A DNA stretch of 40,969 bases from Catajapyx aquilonaris (lineage: Eukaryota): contig JYFJ02003482.1 of the NCBI GenBank assembly GCA_000934665.2, positions 1-40,969 on the forward strand. Reading direction: 5' to 3'. Positions 23,426-36,328 of this stretch are shown piece by piece. A program made the position numbers and the translations under genes. How positions within the stretch are numbered: position 1 is the stretch's first letter; each line of letters begins with the position of its first letter. The notes under the pieces were generated by a model that made no database searches, was not told the origin of the DNA, and saw only the letters and a list, made by a program, of their open reading frames with translations.

Positions 23426-26400
23426 TCTCCGGCTCCGTGACTCTCGGCCGCATTCTTGCTTCATTAATTCGAAGTAGTGACATCATTCAAGTTGTGAGCG
23501 TGATTGAAATGGTGGGTGACCGTCGAGGGCGTGAATATTATAAGAGGGGGCATCCACCCCGTCGCAAATAGTCGCCTACTTTTTCCTTCTGTTGCCTCTA
23601 GACTAGCGATGACAGCTCTGGGAGGCCATCGGGTTATCTCTAGAGATGGGAATGTGTCACAAACATTTTTGTCTTTCTCTGAAGATGGTAAAATATATAC
23701 CTACATTGCGCCAAAATATTTGAACCCTCGTATCATATGCAACAATGTAACATGCATGCCGTAAATGGTCACTTGCGACAGCTGCAACGTATAATCGCCA
23801 AAGGGAATACATTTGTCATGCAAGGCCAATGTCCTGGCCAGTATACGTGTACAGTGTGTCCAATTACAGCGACACTCGCCCTCGCAATATTTACATAATG
23901 TGTGTACAGAGTGAGCTAAATTATCCTGCAGGATATGCAACCCAACTCACCTTTTTTTTGGAAAATACCGCCTCGTGTATCGGTATAATAGAAATCCGAT
24001 CATCTCTAGTGTGCTTCAAGTCATATAATCGGTAATTCCCTAGGTTCCTGAATGTGTTTGTGTCTGCGTGCAAATCAGGCCTTTTGAAGGAAGACGGAAT
24101 CCTCCCAAGACTAGAGGCCTGGCCCAGGACAATAGAATCCCGCTTAGATTTTGTCGGATGGAAACCCTTAAATCATAAAAGGCTCCCGCACCTGATTAAG
24201 AGTCAGGGCTTCAAGCCCTGCAATTCTCTCTCCCGGGTTTTATCTCCGGGGGTTATATTGCCTACTTGATTATGCGCCACAATCCCTTCTAGCTTCCTGA
24301 TCTGGCAACAACGGACGTGTCTCCTAACCCCCCCCCCCCCCCAAATAAAACGACCAGTTTTTTTCGGGGTATGGGGGCATACAGCCCCTTCCATACAGAA
24401 CCAGGACCCCCCGAAATTGAGCCAATTTGAAGTCAAGCCGTGATGCCATTTCTCACTCGAACTCACACAAAAATGAAGGGTGTTTAGTGAACCAGGTGGC
24501 AACACTGGGGTGGGGTAGGTGCGAATGGGAATTAAAAAGGGGGCACGAGTCAGACCCACTTCACAGCAGATGTGCTGCTCAAAGAGAGGGGGAGTGCAAG
24601 AACACATTTTTTTGCCAATATGACAATTGTCATTTGTGAAAAAAATTCGGGGACAGAAATATGAGGTCATCAGCGAAATGTAATTTCAGGGATACGAACA
24701 CGCCCAGGGTTGGTTTAATTAGTGACTGGCACTGGGATTGCAATTTTCCAAACGAGTTTTTGATGACTATAAACACTGACTTACGCCCCCTGCGTTTCGT
24801 ACAATTAACGTCGACACTTGTTTACATGCTGAAAAGGACAAGCCCACTAGGGGTCATGCATGTTGCCCTGACCAATAACGCATCGAATGAGGACAAATGA
24901 TCTCTGCTTGACTCATCCCCACATGAAAAGTCAGGTGTCAGTATCAGTTACGCCACTTGGTCCATAATGATGCAAAGTTTTTGTGTTGAGTTGGCAACGT
25001 CCCCTTCCTGCTGAGATGACCCAGCAGCCTCCTCCCCTTGACCGCAGATAGAATAATTAAATTAGACCCACAGGACAGATGGTAGCAACAGCATGAAACA
25101 AGGTTCATCCTTCTAAAAGATTTGCATCCCAGCATTGCCACATTTTCTCTCCAGCCAAATATGTGACTCTGAAAAATTGCATAGTTTTTTTAAAATTAAC
25201 GCCGCAGAATCATTTTTTTGTTTAATTATTTCATGAACAATGTAGCACAGTTACTAACTATTTATTATACGAGTGTCCTAAATATAGGACCCTATGGGTT
25301 TGTCTCTCGCTACAGGATAATTTTCGCTGACATCAGCGTCAAAATGGCGTCACACACTCTTTCACTTACATTGATTGAAACCTGCTGAAGTCTCCCCCAA
25401 ATTCGCAACCCCATTTGCACATAGGTATCTCCACTGCCAATCGTGCAGAGATAGGCAAATGCTCTGCACCTCGCGTTTTTCCTTCATAAAAAATCTAGGG
25501 GAATTACTTATGATTGATGGCGGCTCGTCCCAGTTTTCGCCATGTCAGCCATTGGAACAAGCGATTCGCGCAATAAAAAGCGCGCGTCCCACCAGCCAAA
25601 AAAGGAGTCCATCTCGCAGCTTTTCCCAGCATCTCTCTAGATCCTTCCTTATCTAAGAGTCTGCCAGTGCTGAATCAAAAAACTTGGAAGTAAAAAAAAA
25701 AATGATTTTTTTTTTTTGGCTGACGTCCAACTTCTCCCAACCAATTGCAGGCCAAATCCTAACAGCCATTTCGACGGATCCAGCCTAGAATAACTTAACG
25801 CAGGTAGACTTTCACGTCACGCGCGTCCCCCCTAGTAATTGACCCTCACGAACTTCCGCAAACATTTCCCTAACCCTTATAAAACCCGCATAATAGAGGG
25901 AGGCTTCCGGGACCAAGATGTCCACCTTGCCAAAAATCACGGATGGGACAGGTTGAGCCTCAGGACATTAAAGTTCAGCTAGTTGGATTTTATGTCCCGC
26001 CTAGAGAGTTTAATCCATGCTTCAAAGACACTTGAGCGAGCTCTATGTAAACATAAACATGTCGGGAGTAACATGGCTGCCCGGATTAATCGTAGGGGAC
26101 GGACAGTCCAGATTGCGTTGTCGTAAAAGTTTCCCCGGGACGGGTCAGAATTGTCCCATTCCACGTAGGAGCTAATTCTAATCAAAATGATGTAGAATAC
26201 GGTCATTGGGACGCTTTTACTGGGCCTGAGTTAAGTCCGCTGTTTGAAAATTGCACGTTCAGCTGGGAGTAAAGTTCCGAAAAAAGCGGGGCACTTGATT
26301 TCTTTTTATTTCGGCTGCTAGTGGCGGCCAAAAAAGGGGGTCTGGAAGGGATAAAAGTTTGGCTAGGGTCGTATTTTACACCATTACCACCGGAAAAAAG

Positions 26401-26589
26401 CGCAAGGATGGTGCCATAACATCCAAGGGTAGGTGTCAACATAAGAATTTGTAAAGGGGGGGGGGGAAACATGCAGCGTATGCATATAATAATTGCCAAG
26501 ATCAATATTTAACTATGAAATTCAATATATTTCCATGCAAGTTAGTCAATATTGCATACTGAGTGAAAACAGTACTGTGCTCTAAGTCA

Positions 26590-26828
26590 AATTGGACGGT
26601 GTTATGCAATAATGGGTGAACCTACAAAAATGTCAAAAGTTAAGCCCAGGATCATACACCCAAATATAGTCATTCAGTTAAAATCAAGGTGGCGAAATCT
26701 GCATACTTCTGCCATAAATGACCGAAAAGAACACTGAATTAATTTCACACAGGTATGGCCTTCAAAGCCCTTATTCTCAAAACTGTTCTCATGTGGGTTA
26801 ACTCAATATTGCATAACACCGTCCAATT
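26590..26828. mobile_element. MITE-like non-autonomous DNA transposon (~240 bp) with 37-bp terminal inverted repeats
   Basis: 26590-26626 AATTGGACGGTGTTATGCAATAATGGGTGAACCTACA matches the reverse complement of 26792-26828 at 33/37, with the first 22 perfect. AATT at both ends may be the target duplication. Confidence 0.75.
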
Positions 26829-28562
26829 ACTCAGCTAGAACAGGAGCTAATAAATGCATGGTGTGCCCACGGCGCACTTTAAAAGTTGACATAGGCCTAC
26901 CTGTGCCCAATAAATGGTTCATGTCATTCCGGGCTCTCCCAACAATCTGAAGTTTGTATATAAAATTTTAACTACTTATACAGGAGACATTGCTCTCATC
27001 CGTGCATCAAACATGCATGTCTATTAATTCGAACCCCATATACTCCACACTGCTTGAGCATTGGGATCACGAATGAGCCATTTAGTATTCAGGTCAGCAA
27101 ATCTGGACTTCTCCAAAAGCGAGCGCCCCCCAATTTGCATTTTGAGAAAGTGGTCCCAAACTCCTAGAGGCGTGGGACACCCCCCAACCTCTCGCGTCTA
27201 TTGAGCCCGGATTTTGTGCTCCAGGAAGACAAGTTTTAAGCCCCCGCCACTTTAAGGTGTAACTGATTAGTTTCCACCCCTTCCATTCATATAAGCGCCT
27301 GTTCTGACCCAAGAGTCTGGGAAGAAGACAAGCCTTGCGACTTCCTCTCAACCGTAAGAAAAACGCTGGCTCCGAATTAATGCAGAAGAAACAGGGGAAA
27401 TCAGCAACAGCTGCTGACTTGCTTAAGTCAGTCCGTTCCGCAAGAAATTGGTCGACGAAGAAGCGCAAGTGAAGGCAAAACCGGAGGATAATTAATTTTG
27501 TAGGCGAAAGAGAGGGGTTGGGTTTCTGTCTTCACTTACACCCCCTCCAGCCCCCAATCTCTCCTCTCCCCCCCCCCCCTCTTATTGAGATCGCGCCTTC
27601 ATTTGCAAGGCAGAAGTCGCGTTATTTCCAGCCGAGGACTAAAAGAAAGGATGACCCCCTCTGCTTTTCCTTCCAAGAAATGGAGGAATAAGTTTCGGAG
27701 GCTTGTGGTGCAGCTGTGGATGGAAAAGAGAGGACGGGAGGCTGGAGGAGCATACAGATGAGGCATTAGGCCAGGTCTCCGGAACGGCCGTTCACTTCCA
27801 CGCCACACCATCCCTAATTGGAACCAGGTGACTCTTTATGCTTTCACTAATAGACCGCAAGTGATATTCTACGCCTGTTTCACACAGTCTATTCTTTTAA
27901 AATATTGGAAGTTCAGGAGTCGTACTTTTCATGGGGGCCATCAAAGTATATGTGGCACCAGCATAGTATTGAGCAAAAGTATCTTCGTTATCGACATTTG
28001 AGGCTCCCGGAATGCATATAAACAAAGCGAAAAGGCTACGCCCTGCCGTAATTGGACGTTATCTGCAGTCTGCGTGACATAAACCCCCATATTCATGAAT
28101 CAGGAATATCTCCCAATTGCCCTCTGACCTGATCAGACCTGACATGAACTCGTGTGCGAACCAAATCTGTGGAGACGGGCCCGAGTAGGGAATGGAGGGG
28201 AAGTGAATGGACGGGAGGGGGATAAAATAAATAAATAATTGAGAGTCCTGGGGAGAGAACTGGCTTCGGGACAAGGCGGCCATTTGTCTCGGGGGGTCTT
28301 TTTCTCCCCGTGATAGGATCGGCTCTGGGAGCGGTGGACACGTGTTTTGACAGCCTCTTCAGTCCAGCGACACGGCGCAACCTTTGAGCTAATTGGGCGA
28401 GTCTTTCCATTGTCCATCTTCAACCCGGTTCTTCAAAAGGGTATGAAACAAGGAACTATCAGTAATCTGGTACTATAGTGAATGCACCTTCAAATGGTGC
28501 GGAGGGCATGCCTTAGGAAAACACACTGTACCTGGTAAATCGTATTTCTAAGGAAGCCCGTA

Positions 28563-28818
28563 TTATCAAGATCACCCATCTTGGACTAGGCCTGAGCCAG
28601 TAGGCTTCAGGCTAGGCCTAGCACGATCTAGGCTGGATGCAGCGCCCTACATCTCTGCCAGATTTTGATTTCATCACTTACTATTGGTTTTACGCGTATG
28701 TTCTCAAGAAGCTCTTCGTGTTATCAAGATCAGCCATCTTGTACTAGGTCTGAGTTAGTAGGCCTCAGGCTAGCCCTAGCCCGATCTATGCTGGATGCAC
28801 TCCCATACATCTCTGCCA
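28563..28818. repeat. Diverged direct repeat, 2 x 98 bp (28563-28660, 28721-28818), period 158 bp
   Basis: Ungapped manual alignment gives 85/98 identity. Confidence 0.9.
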
Positions 28819-29401
28819 AAGTCTTTACCATGTGTCCTATTGGTTTTATCATATTCCCACGCCTGGGATGACCTTTCTGTTGGTTCCTTCCACGGTTCCC
28901 GTGCACTTCAGCAGAAGATCCACTCGAAATGGAGTCAAATGACGCCTCCAAAAGCACGCACTCGAATCGGACTCGTGTTTATCAGATCCCTAGAAGGCCC
29001 CTAGAAAAACCCTTGGGCAGTCTCAGCATCTCCATACCTAAACCCGTAATATCCTGTATAAACTAGGCGCCCCCCTGCCGCAAATAAAAATAAGCAGCAC
29101 GCGAGGAGGTCCGGTCGGGACTATGTCAGGCCATGATGTTTAATCAGACACATACTGGGTTCCCAGAATCGGGTTTGGACTGCTGAATGACCTCGGGCTC
29201 AGGAAGAAGAAGGGGCAAAGAGGAGGGTATGGTAGAAGGGGGGGAGACCATTCCCAGCTAGGGCTGAAGAAGTAAGAAGAGGACTCCCCAGGGCGACAGG
29301 AATGTTGCCCCTTTGCCCACACTTGTCTCGGCCGACTCCAGAGTGTGGCCATTGTGGGTAAACATAAGGTCCCAGAGATGGCCCTTTTGCTACTCTTTAT
29401 G

Positions 29402-29423
29402 TACAGGGTGATTCGGAAAAGGT
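29402..29423 (+). mobile_element. Solo mariner-like terminus (TA|CAGGGTGATTCGGAAAAGGT)
   Basis: TA-CAGGGTG terminal motif followed by AT-rich sequence; no clear partner end. Confidence 0.3.
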
Positions 29424-32400
29424 CAGCGTCCCTTGAAAATGACGGTTGTACGGACTCAAATGAAATGATAAAAATTATTGTGAATGGTATAGGATATTTT
29501 CCGTTCATTTGAGTTCATCCAAACGAAATTCAAGCTACACATTTTTACTGGATTACACCAAGATAGTTCATATTTTAAAATTCAGAAGTAGCTTCCAAAC
29601 GTGGCTATTCAAACCGGGCTGGATAGGAAATTTCCACCCGTTGCCCACCTTCTCTAAAAAATTGATCAGCCTGTGACCAAGGCGCGCCGAATTAGAAATT
29701 TAATAATTCACACGTGCAAGAAGCTCGGCGCCCACCTCTTATTACAGCCAATTAACCGTCCTGGAGAGATTGCCTTAGTTGGACACTTAAAATGCAAAGT
29801 TATAGTGAATTCAGGACAAGTCGAAATTTCGACATAGAATCGCTTTCGAGAAGCATCCTGTACAATACTGAAAACTTTTCGATGCAGAGGGCAAAAAAAG
29901 GTGTGCCCTCCAGCATGCCTCTCTACATAAAATTTGGAGAGGATTACGAGAGGGATTTAAAGCCCGGGGGGTCCTGTGGGAGGCGACGCAGGTGGAAGTG
30001 CTTCCTGACGGACAAATATTGCGGAAATGGGACCCAAATGCACGAGTTGACAATCGCCGGAGGCCAATTAAATATTCCTGCGGGGTTGCTGCCACAGAAA
30101 AATAAATTGCCCCCTCCCTACCCCCCACCCTCCACTTTTGCCATGGGCTGCTGCCCCTTTTTCCTGCAACTCTGCAGTCTAGGTGGCAAAACGTCGATAA
30201 GATCCGCCACCACCGTGGAAGTAAATGGGTTTTCGCTGACGATTGGCTGACGAATAGCTCTCCGACGCTAATGGCACTCACTCCCCCAACTCACTCTAGC
30301 AACCTCCCATCCCCAGCCCTCTGCAATTCCAGGTGAATGGATGTATCCGCTGATAGGAAACACCATCTGCATTCCTCATCTTGTTTTCTTTTCCGATTGC
30401 TCGCACAATTGAACCCATCAATATTTATGTCCCACACGTGCTCGCTCATGCCGCACAGAGGATTATGCAGACTACTGGTTCATTCTGGACCAGTTTCGCA
30501 GAAGACATTCCCCCGCAGAGACCACTTGGCCCTATTATGCATGCTGGAACGTTGGCCAACCAGACACCGCACCGGTGGGAATCAGATATCAACCGTCAAG
30601 ACAGCATTGAAACTGCTGCCCTTTTCATTGTTGAAGATGTCTGGTTAGTAAGACTTTTTTTTTGTACGTGGAAATCACACGAGTAAAAATGGCGTGCAGA
30701 ATTAACCCAAAAACAAACTATCTCGTTAGACTGCTTATCTGCATAATAGGGCCTGTTAAGCCAAGATGGCAATCAGTGATTCCTCACGAAACGAGTGTTT
30801 TCCCCCGTAATTAAACCCTGTCTACATCGCATTAAAAATACGGAATGGGCCTCTTCCACTCTAGTTTTTTTATATTTATTTTACTGGTGTGCGCGTTATC
30901 TTTTTATTTCATGCCTTCCGGACAGCTATAACTCGGGAGCACAAATGAAGTGGAGACGTATCTACATCGTGACACGTAGGCCACGTCATATCTCACCCCA
31001 CGAGCCCATTTCCCTCACTGCTTGTGATCTTAGTGTGGGCATAAAAATCACATCACGTGAGACACTTTGCCCCCGGTGTTTGTGGCTGAAAATCCTGGCA
31101 TCACGTCAATCCTGGCCCATACCAACACTTTGACACGAGCATGTTTTTTCCCCAAAATATTCCCTCAAAATCGTCCTTGTGTTTTGACCAACAGGCAATG
31201 ACACGTTATTAGCTGCGTTAATGGCCAGGTGCATAAAACGTATCCATGGAGTCGTTTTCGTGTGGTCGAATAGCAAGAGCTGGCACGCACCTTTTGAAGA
31301 AGAAAAAAAACTACTATAAACGATAGTTTTTTTTTGCGGAGTTTGCCTTCATCCACACCCCACGCAAACGTCACCTTCTATTTCCTATCACTTTTTTTTG
31401 GTTTCGTCAGTGCCAGAAGAACGAAGGGCAACACCCATTCTCGAACAGCTAACTAATGTCCAGACAAGGGAATGTTTCCTGCTGGCCCTGTAAATGGAAA
31501 CGGACACGTTTTCTTACTTCAGCACCATTTGTCTCCAATGTACCGCAGGGCAATTTGCTGTACCGACACCTTTTGGTCACCGGGTATAGACTGCGATTAA
31601 ATTACCCGGCAAATCGATACCCGGTGCCCCCGGAAAATATTGGAAAAACCCACCCCCTCTAAGCCTCTCGGGTAGAGCGTCGGTGGTGTCTGCGTGCAAT
31701 TATGCAAATGTTGCACCCGCAAAAAGTCAATGAAATATACAGTATGGGCACACAATATAATTTAGATAGCTCTGATTACGTGGTTTTACATACATTATTT
31801 CAGCTCGGTTCATAAAGCAGCAGTTTATGGTCAAACAGTATCAGCCGGGTAGCATACCCTTGCTTTGGGGGAACCCATATGCTCCTGCCCAGTCTAACGT
31901 CAAAGTTGTGCAAATATTAATCGCCAGGCAGGAATGGAGCATAGATATGTTGACTTTGGTCGGAAATGACCACGTGAATCGTATTAAAATATTCACCCGG
32001 CTCGTTTTCCATTTGGGATTTACCTATATTGTCAGATTGTGTTTGCTCCTAAACTATATCAGATATTCGTAAGTGCAATTAAGACTAATCTTGGAGACAC
32101 GTGCCCCTTTCTTGATTCCTCTTAGCCCCCATCTGCCCCCCAAAATTATTCATTATCATCGCACTCCTCGCGCCAAATCCCCCTAGGATTTGCCCATTTT
32201 CTGCGATCCTCCCCAGCCCAGTCCGAAATTGGCGCAAGGAATCGCGTCTTTGCACAGTCTCGCTAAAATCCTCCCCCACCTTCTCCCCCCCCCCTCGAAA
32301 CTACATCCCATGGCAAGCAGTTCCTCTCTGCTGTGCCAAAGTGGCCCCACTAATCCTTCCCTTCCCGAGTCCCCAAATCCCGCGAGGGCACAAAAGGACC

Positions 32401-33946
32401 GCGATATTTCCACCGGGAGATGGCAGCAAGCAAATCCCTCCAGACTCAACCCAACTTGCTCTTAACCTAATCTCGAACCCAATGTGTTCCACATCTTTGC
32501 TCCCCTGATCTATCTAGGCTCCAAACTTGCTCCGATTTACATTGTTTACTTTTAATGTGAGCCCATGGGGCCGTGACTAGTACCGAGGCTCGTTCAACCA
32601 GAACGCATTTAGGTCCGGGTTTGGTACTGGATTATGCTGAAATGCGGCTGCATTTTACACATTTTGCCAATTAAAAACAAAACATCGGGGCAGCGCAATG
32701 CAAACAGCATTTTGAACGTAATCAACACATTATTTAGTACATGGCGTTAAAATATCCGCGCTGGGTTTGGTGTGTTGGAAGAGTTGAAGCAACTAAGGCC
32801 ATCCAATTTATGTTTAAATCATATTGGAAGATTTTAAACGGTGAACATTTCCGCGTCTAGTCGTCCAGTCGTTTTCCCCCCCTCGCTAAAGTAGTACAGT
32901 GCCGTCATAACACATGCATTAAGCTTTCATCCAGCCGTTTACGGAATGTAAAAACCTGCTGCTTTAAATATTTAAACGCGGTTTAACTCCATCTACGGCT
33001 GGGCACGGGCCTGAATCTCTCATTTGTATACATCTGCTTATCTCCATTGCGTTTAGAAACCAGGTCTCAGTGTATAAATTACCGAAACGGCCAATAACAA
33101 ACCAAATGAGACAAACCCCGCCTTATATAAAATTTATTGACGACCACTTCTGTCCGTAGACGACTCCTTTCTGTTTTAAAAAAATATAAAAAAAGCAAAA
33201 ACCACTGCCACAAAACGCGTTATCAACTCCAACCCCTGGCAATCACAGCCCGTGCGTAAAAGCAAATCGTCACAGTTCAACGGCAAGAAATCGCATTTCT
33301 CCCCCAGCTGAATGGAACGTAACTCAATAATGAAGACGTTGGGTTAGTACGTGTCCGGGATAAACGCAGCCGACAAAATCCGGGGGACCACTTGACAAGG
33401 AAAAGCCTCGAGGGTTTTCCAACCCTCTAGTATTCCCCAGGAATCCGGAGTTGTCTTTTTGGCATAAATAGCCAGAGACACTATTCGGGCATGGAGCCAA
33501 GGGTTTCCCGGTGTTAGGAAGGGGGCAAGAGGCAGAAAGGTATTAAAAGGGGGCTCCGGATGGTGTCAAAGGCCAGAGAGTTTCCTCTTCCGCCGAATTG
33601 ACTTCTGGGAAAAGATGGGGGAGGAGGGAAAACGCTGAAGCTCCACTGCTTCTGTACACTCTGCCCACAAGAGGGTAAAGACTCCGGAGGAAAGGACTAA
33701 AGTCGTCCAACCATCCGGAAACTAATCGTCCCTATCGGTTCCCCGGACTTATTACGCGAAATATCCGGCGAGCAATATCCTGGCGGCTATGCAACCACCA
33801 ATGCTCGTGGCCTATTTTTCGTCATTTTTCTAATCAAAATGATAGAAACGTGCGCTAATGGCGAATTGATGACACGCATTTACGCGTCAGGTGAATCGAA
33901 CACCTTTTTTTTTCTTTCGGATGCGAAGAAATTCCGGGATACTCAC

Positions 33947-34067
33947 ATTCCTCATCGATTATCGGAACACCACCGAAGACGGCAGCCTGAGGCGTGGATG
34001 CAGTTGACCTCAATAAGATAAGAAGCACCAATCCCAGCATGAGCACACCGGAAGAATAAGAGGCCAT
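33947..34067 (-). CDS. Ror: Ror coding exon 1 (signal peptide): MASYSSGVLMLGLVLLILLRSTASTPQAAVFGGVPIIDEE
   Basis: ATG at 34067, hydrophobic core VLMLGLVLLILL followed by small residues (STA-S), and a strong donor GAAT|GTGAGT in phase 1 that matches the phase 1 acceptor at 4552 (T+TG = Leu, then WAQG). The link across 29 kb is inferred, not transcript-proven. Confidence 0.72.
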
Positions 34068-34134
34068 CCTCAAGTCACTTGAAACGTCATGGTTTCAAAC
34101 CGGGTTCACACACGGGAGGGGGGGTTTAACAATT

Positions 34135-34143
34135 GACTGACTG
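34135..34143 (-). promoter_or_regulatory. Candidate arthropod initiator (Inr, TCAGTC) for the Ror transcript
   Basis: CAGTCAGTC about 70 nt upstream of the exon 1 ATG matches TCAKTY. No TATA box or canonical DPE seen. Confidence 0.3.
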
Positions 34144-36328
34144 TTGACAACCGGGCCTGACGTTTACGACTCTCCTGCTGACAAATGGTCCAAACTTGGA
34201 ATGCTGGTGTGACAGGTGAGGCAGCCACACCCGGATTGGCACGCACGAAAGACGGCCATAAGTCCACGTGTTACGCAGCTCCGAGCATCCCGAACCGACT
34301 GGCCCGACGGCCCAACAGCAACTGAGGATTGGGGCGGACAGAATGGCGCAGGGCCGCATGCCGCCAGAGGACTCAACCAGAGAGAGAGCAGCACACACAC
34401 ACACACCCTCCACCAGCATCTCCAAAGCTCCTTTTTCTCCATAGCCGACTCCGAGACAAGGAAACAGAAAAACATGGGAATGATCTTACCAGCATCCAGA
34501 CCACAAGTGCCTTGGGGACCTTGGTTTGGTTGACAGCCCCTTGCTTCCCAGGTGTCATCTTGGATTCGAGCCTGGATTTTTTGGGGTGATTTGTGCGTGT
34601 TTGCGGGAATGGTCGTGTGTCAAAGTGTGTCGCGACAGAAGCGGAAGATGGAGAGAGAAAAAAATGCAATTTTTGGGTTCTGGCGTGTAATAAGTATATG
34701 TCATGGTGAGGAGCATTCCTTTTCAAACGAATATTTGGCACTAATTCATTCCAGGATCGAATTAATCTTGCGCGGTATTATTATTTACTGCTCGGAATGT
34801 TTTCTGGTTGTAGTTGGACCCAATACAGCACAATAAAGCGTGGAAAAAAGCCAGCACAAACGCACTAATCTGATTGGTAACCGGCCAAAAATATAATTCT
34901 CAGGAAGTGTAAGGCTCATATCTATCAGGTTACGAGTCCATTACTCTCCCGATCCTATCCCCCCGTATCAGAATTAATAATCGGCGCAAGCATCGGTGGC
35001 AATCGATAGTATGTGTGAGAGCTCCTGTTCTGTGTACTGTACTTGGAAAGGTACGAAACATGAAGGGGGACGGAAGGAATCGATCAGGATGCCATGGACG
35101 CCTCAAAGATTCCCAAAACGACTTTATCGCTGACCCAGTCCCCGCCCCTGCTGTTACTGACAATCCACGCTGATAAACCTTCGATCCATCTTGTGCTCTT
35201 GGCAGAAATGAACACGCCACTTCCACTACAACCTTACACACCCCATGCCATACCCCAACCGTCTCAAATCATCTTGAAATAATGAACAGCCCTGCTGCTT
35301 CAAGAATTCTACACAATTATATGCTTCTTCTGTACAATTTACGCACAATGTATCCCCCTCCCTGTACTATAAAAAATGTGCACCGGGCACATTTTTTTCA
35401 GAAAAAACGAGCCGTCTCGTTTGGGAAGATAAACTGCATCTGCCGGCTCGTCTTTCGTGAGTCGGCGCCTACTAAGACAGTCTGAAGCACTTGTGACGTC
35501 ACTACATCCACCCTAAGCTCATAATTGCTCCCTTTGCATGCCACGCCGGAATAGTGCACAGTACACATATTGTAATTAACAAAGCGGAAACATCCATCCA
35601 AAGCATTATTCGCGCTACAAATAATTATTATTAAATGACACCAATACCAGCATCCTGCTTGGAGGCCAATAAGTGCAAAAAGCCAAATAAGAAAATCAGC
35701 ATAACTCACTTCCTTATTCGGCTGGCTCGCCCATGCACGGATTTGTCACGGGTCAAAGTTCAAGCGCGACCGGAGGACAGAAAGAGGTTACATTCTTTCC
35801 CTCGACGGTCCGCGACCAGGATTTGAATGAAATTGGCCAGGGTGGGCGTCCTCCCCCTTTTAACAATGGTATCCCGAGCAGTTAGGACCCATTCTGGTGG
35901 CTTGCAAGGACGCGAAAGTGCGCGTGGGAGCCGAAACCAAGCAGCCATAAATCACCTAATGGAACTATACACTGTGGGGTGTTGGGTGTATGGGTGTGTG
36001 TGTGTGTGAGTATGGGTACACTAAAAAGGAGACTGCTCAGCTCAGCGGCAACACACCCTCTAAAAAAATTTACACTGGATGCATAAAATCGCCCCCCCCC
36101 CTTCTCTCGGATAACTAATTACGATCTGCCATGTACACAGTTTACCCATCAGCACATGCATTATTTATCGGGGGAAAATAACGGTGGCAGCGCGATTGAC
36201 TATTAGCGACTAATATCCTCCCTTCCACACACCCCTCCCCGGACAGCCAATCATCTGGTACGCCCAAATTCACTCGCCACATATGTATGCATGTGTGGGC
36301 ACCCACAGGCGTGGCTCGACAGTTGGAC

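Larger units (their letters stand above)
4553..33946 (-). other. Putative ~29.4 kb first intron of Ror
   Basis: GTGAGT donor at 33946 and acceptor ctcttggcttttgcag ending at 4553; no recognisable protein-coding content in between. Confidence 0.68.
856..34067 (-). other. Ror: Ror-family receptor tyrosine kinase gene, 5' part (5 coding exons; continues beyond window start)
   Basis: Domain order signal peptide, single Ig, then Frizzled-like CRD matches ROR1/2 and CAM-1. All four introns between the five exons are GT-AG and phase-compatible (1, 2, 1, 2), and the last exon ends at a further phase 2 donor. Confidence 0.93.

Noticed and set aside
29792..30281. Overlapping 152-aa and 156-aa ORFs (likewise 16327-16845, 24203-24670, 12629-13072)
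   Set aside because: Homopolymer-derived low-complexity translations with no domain signature; no transposase or reverse transcriptase motifs seen.
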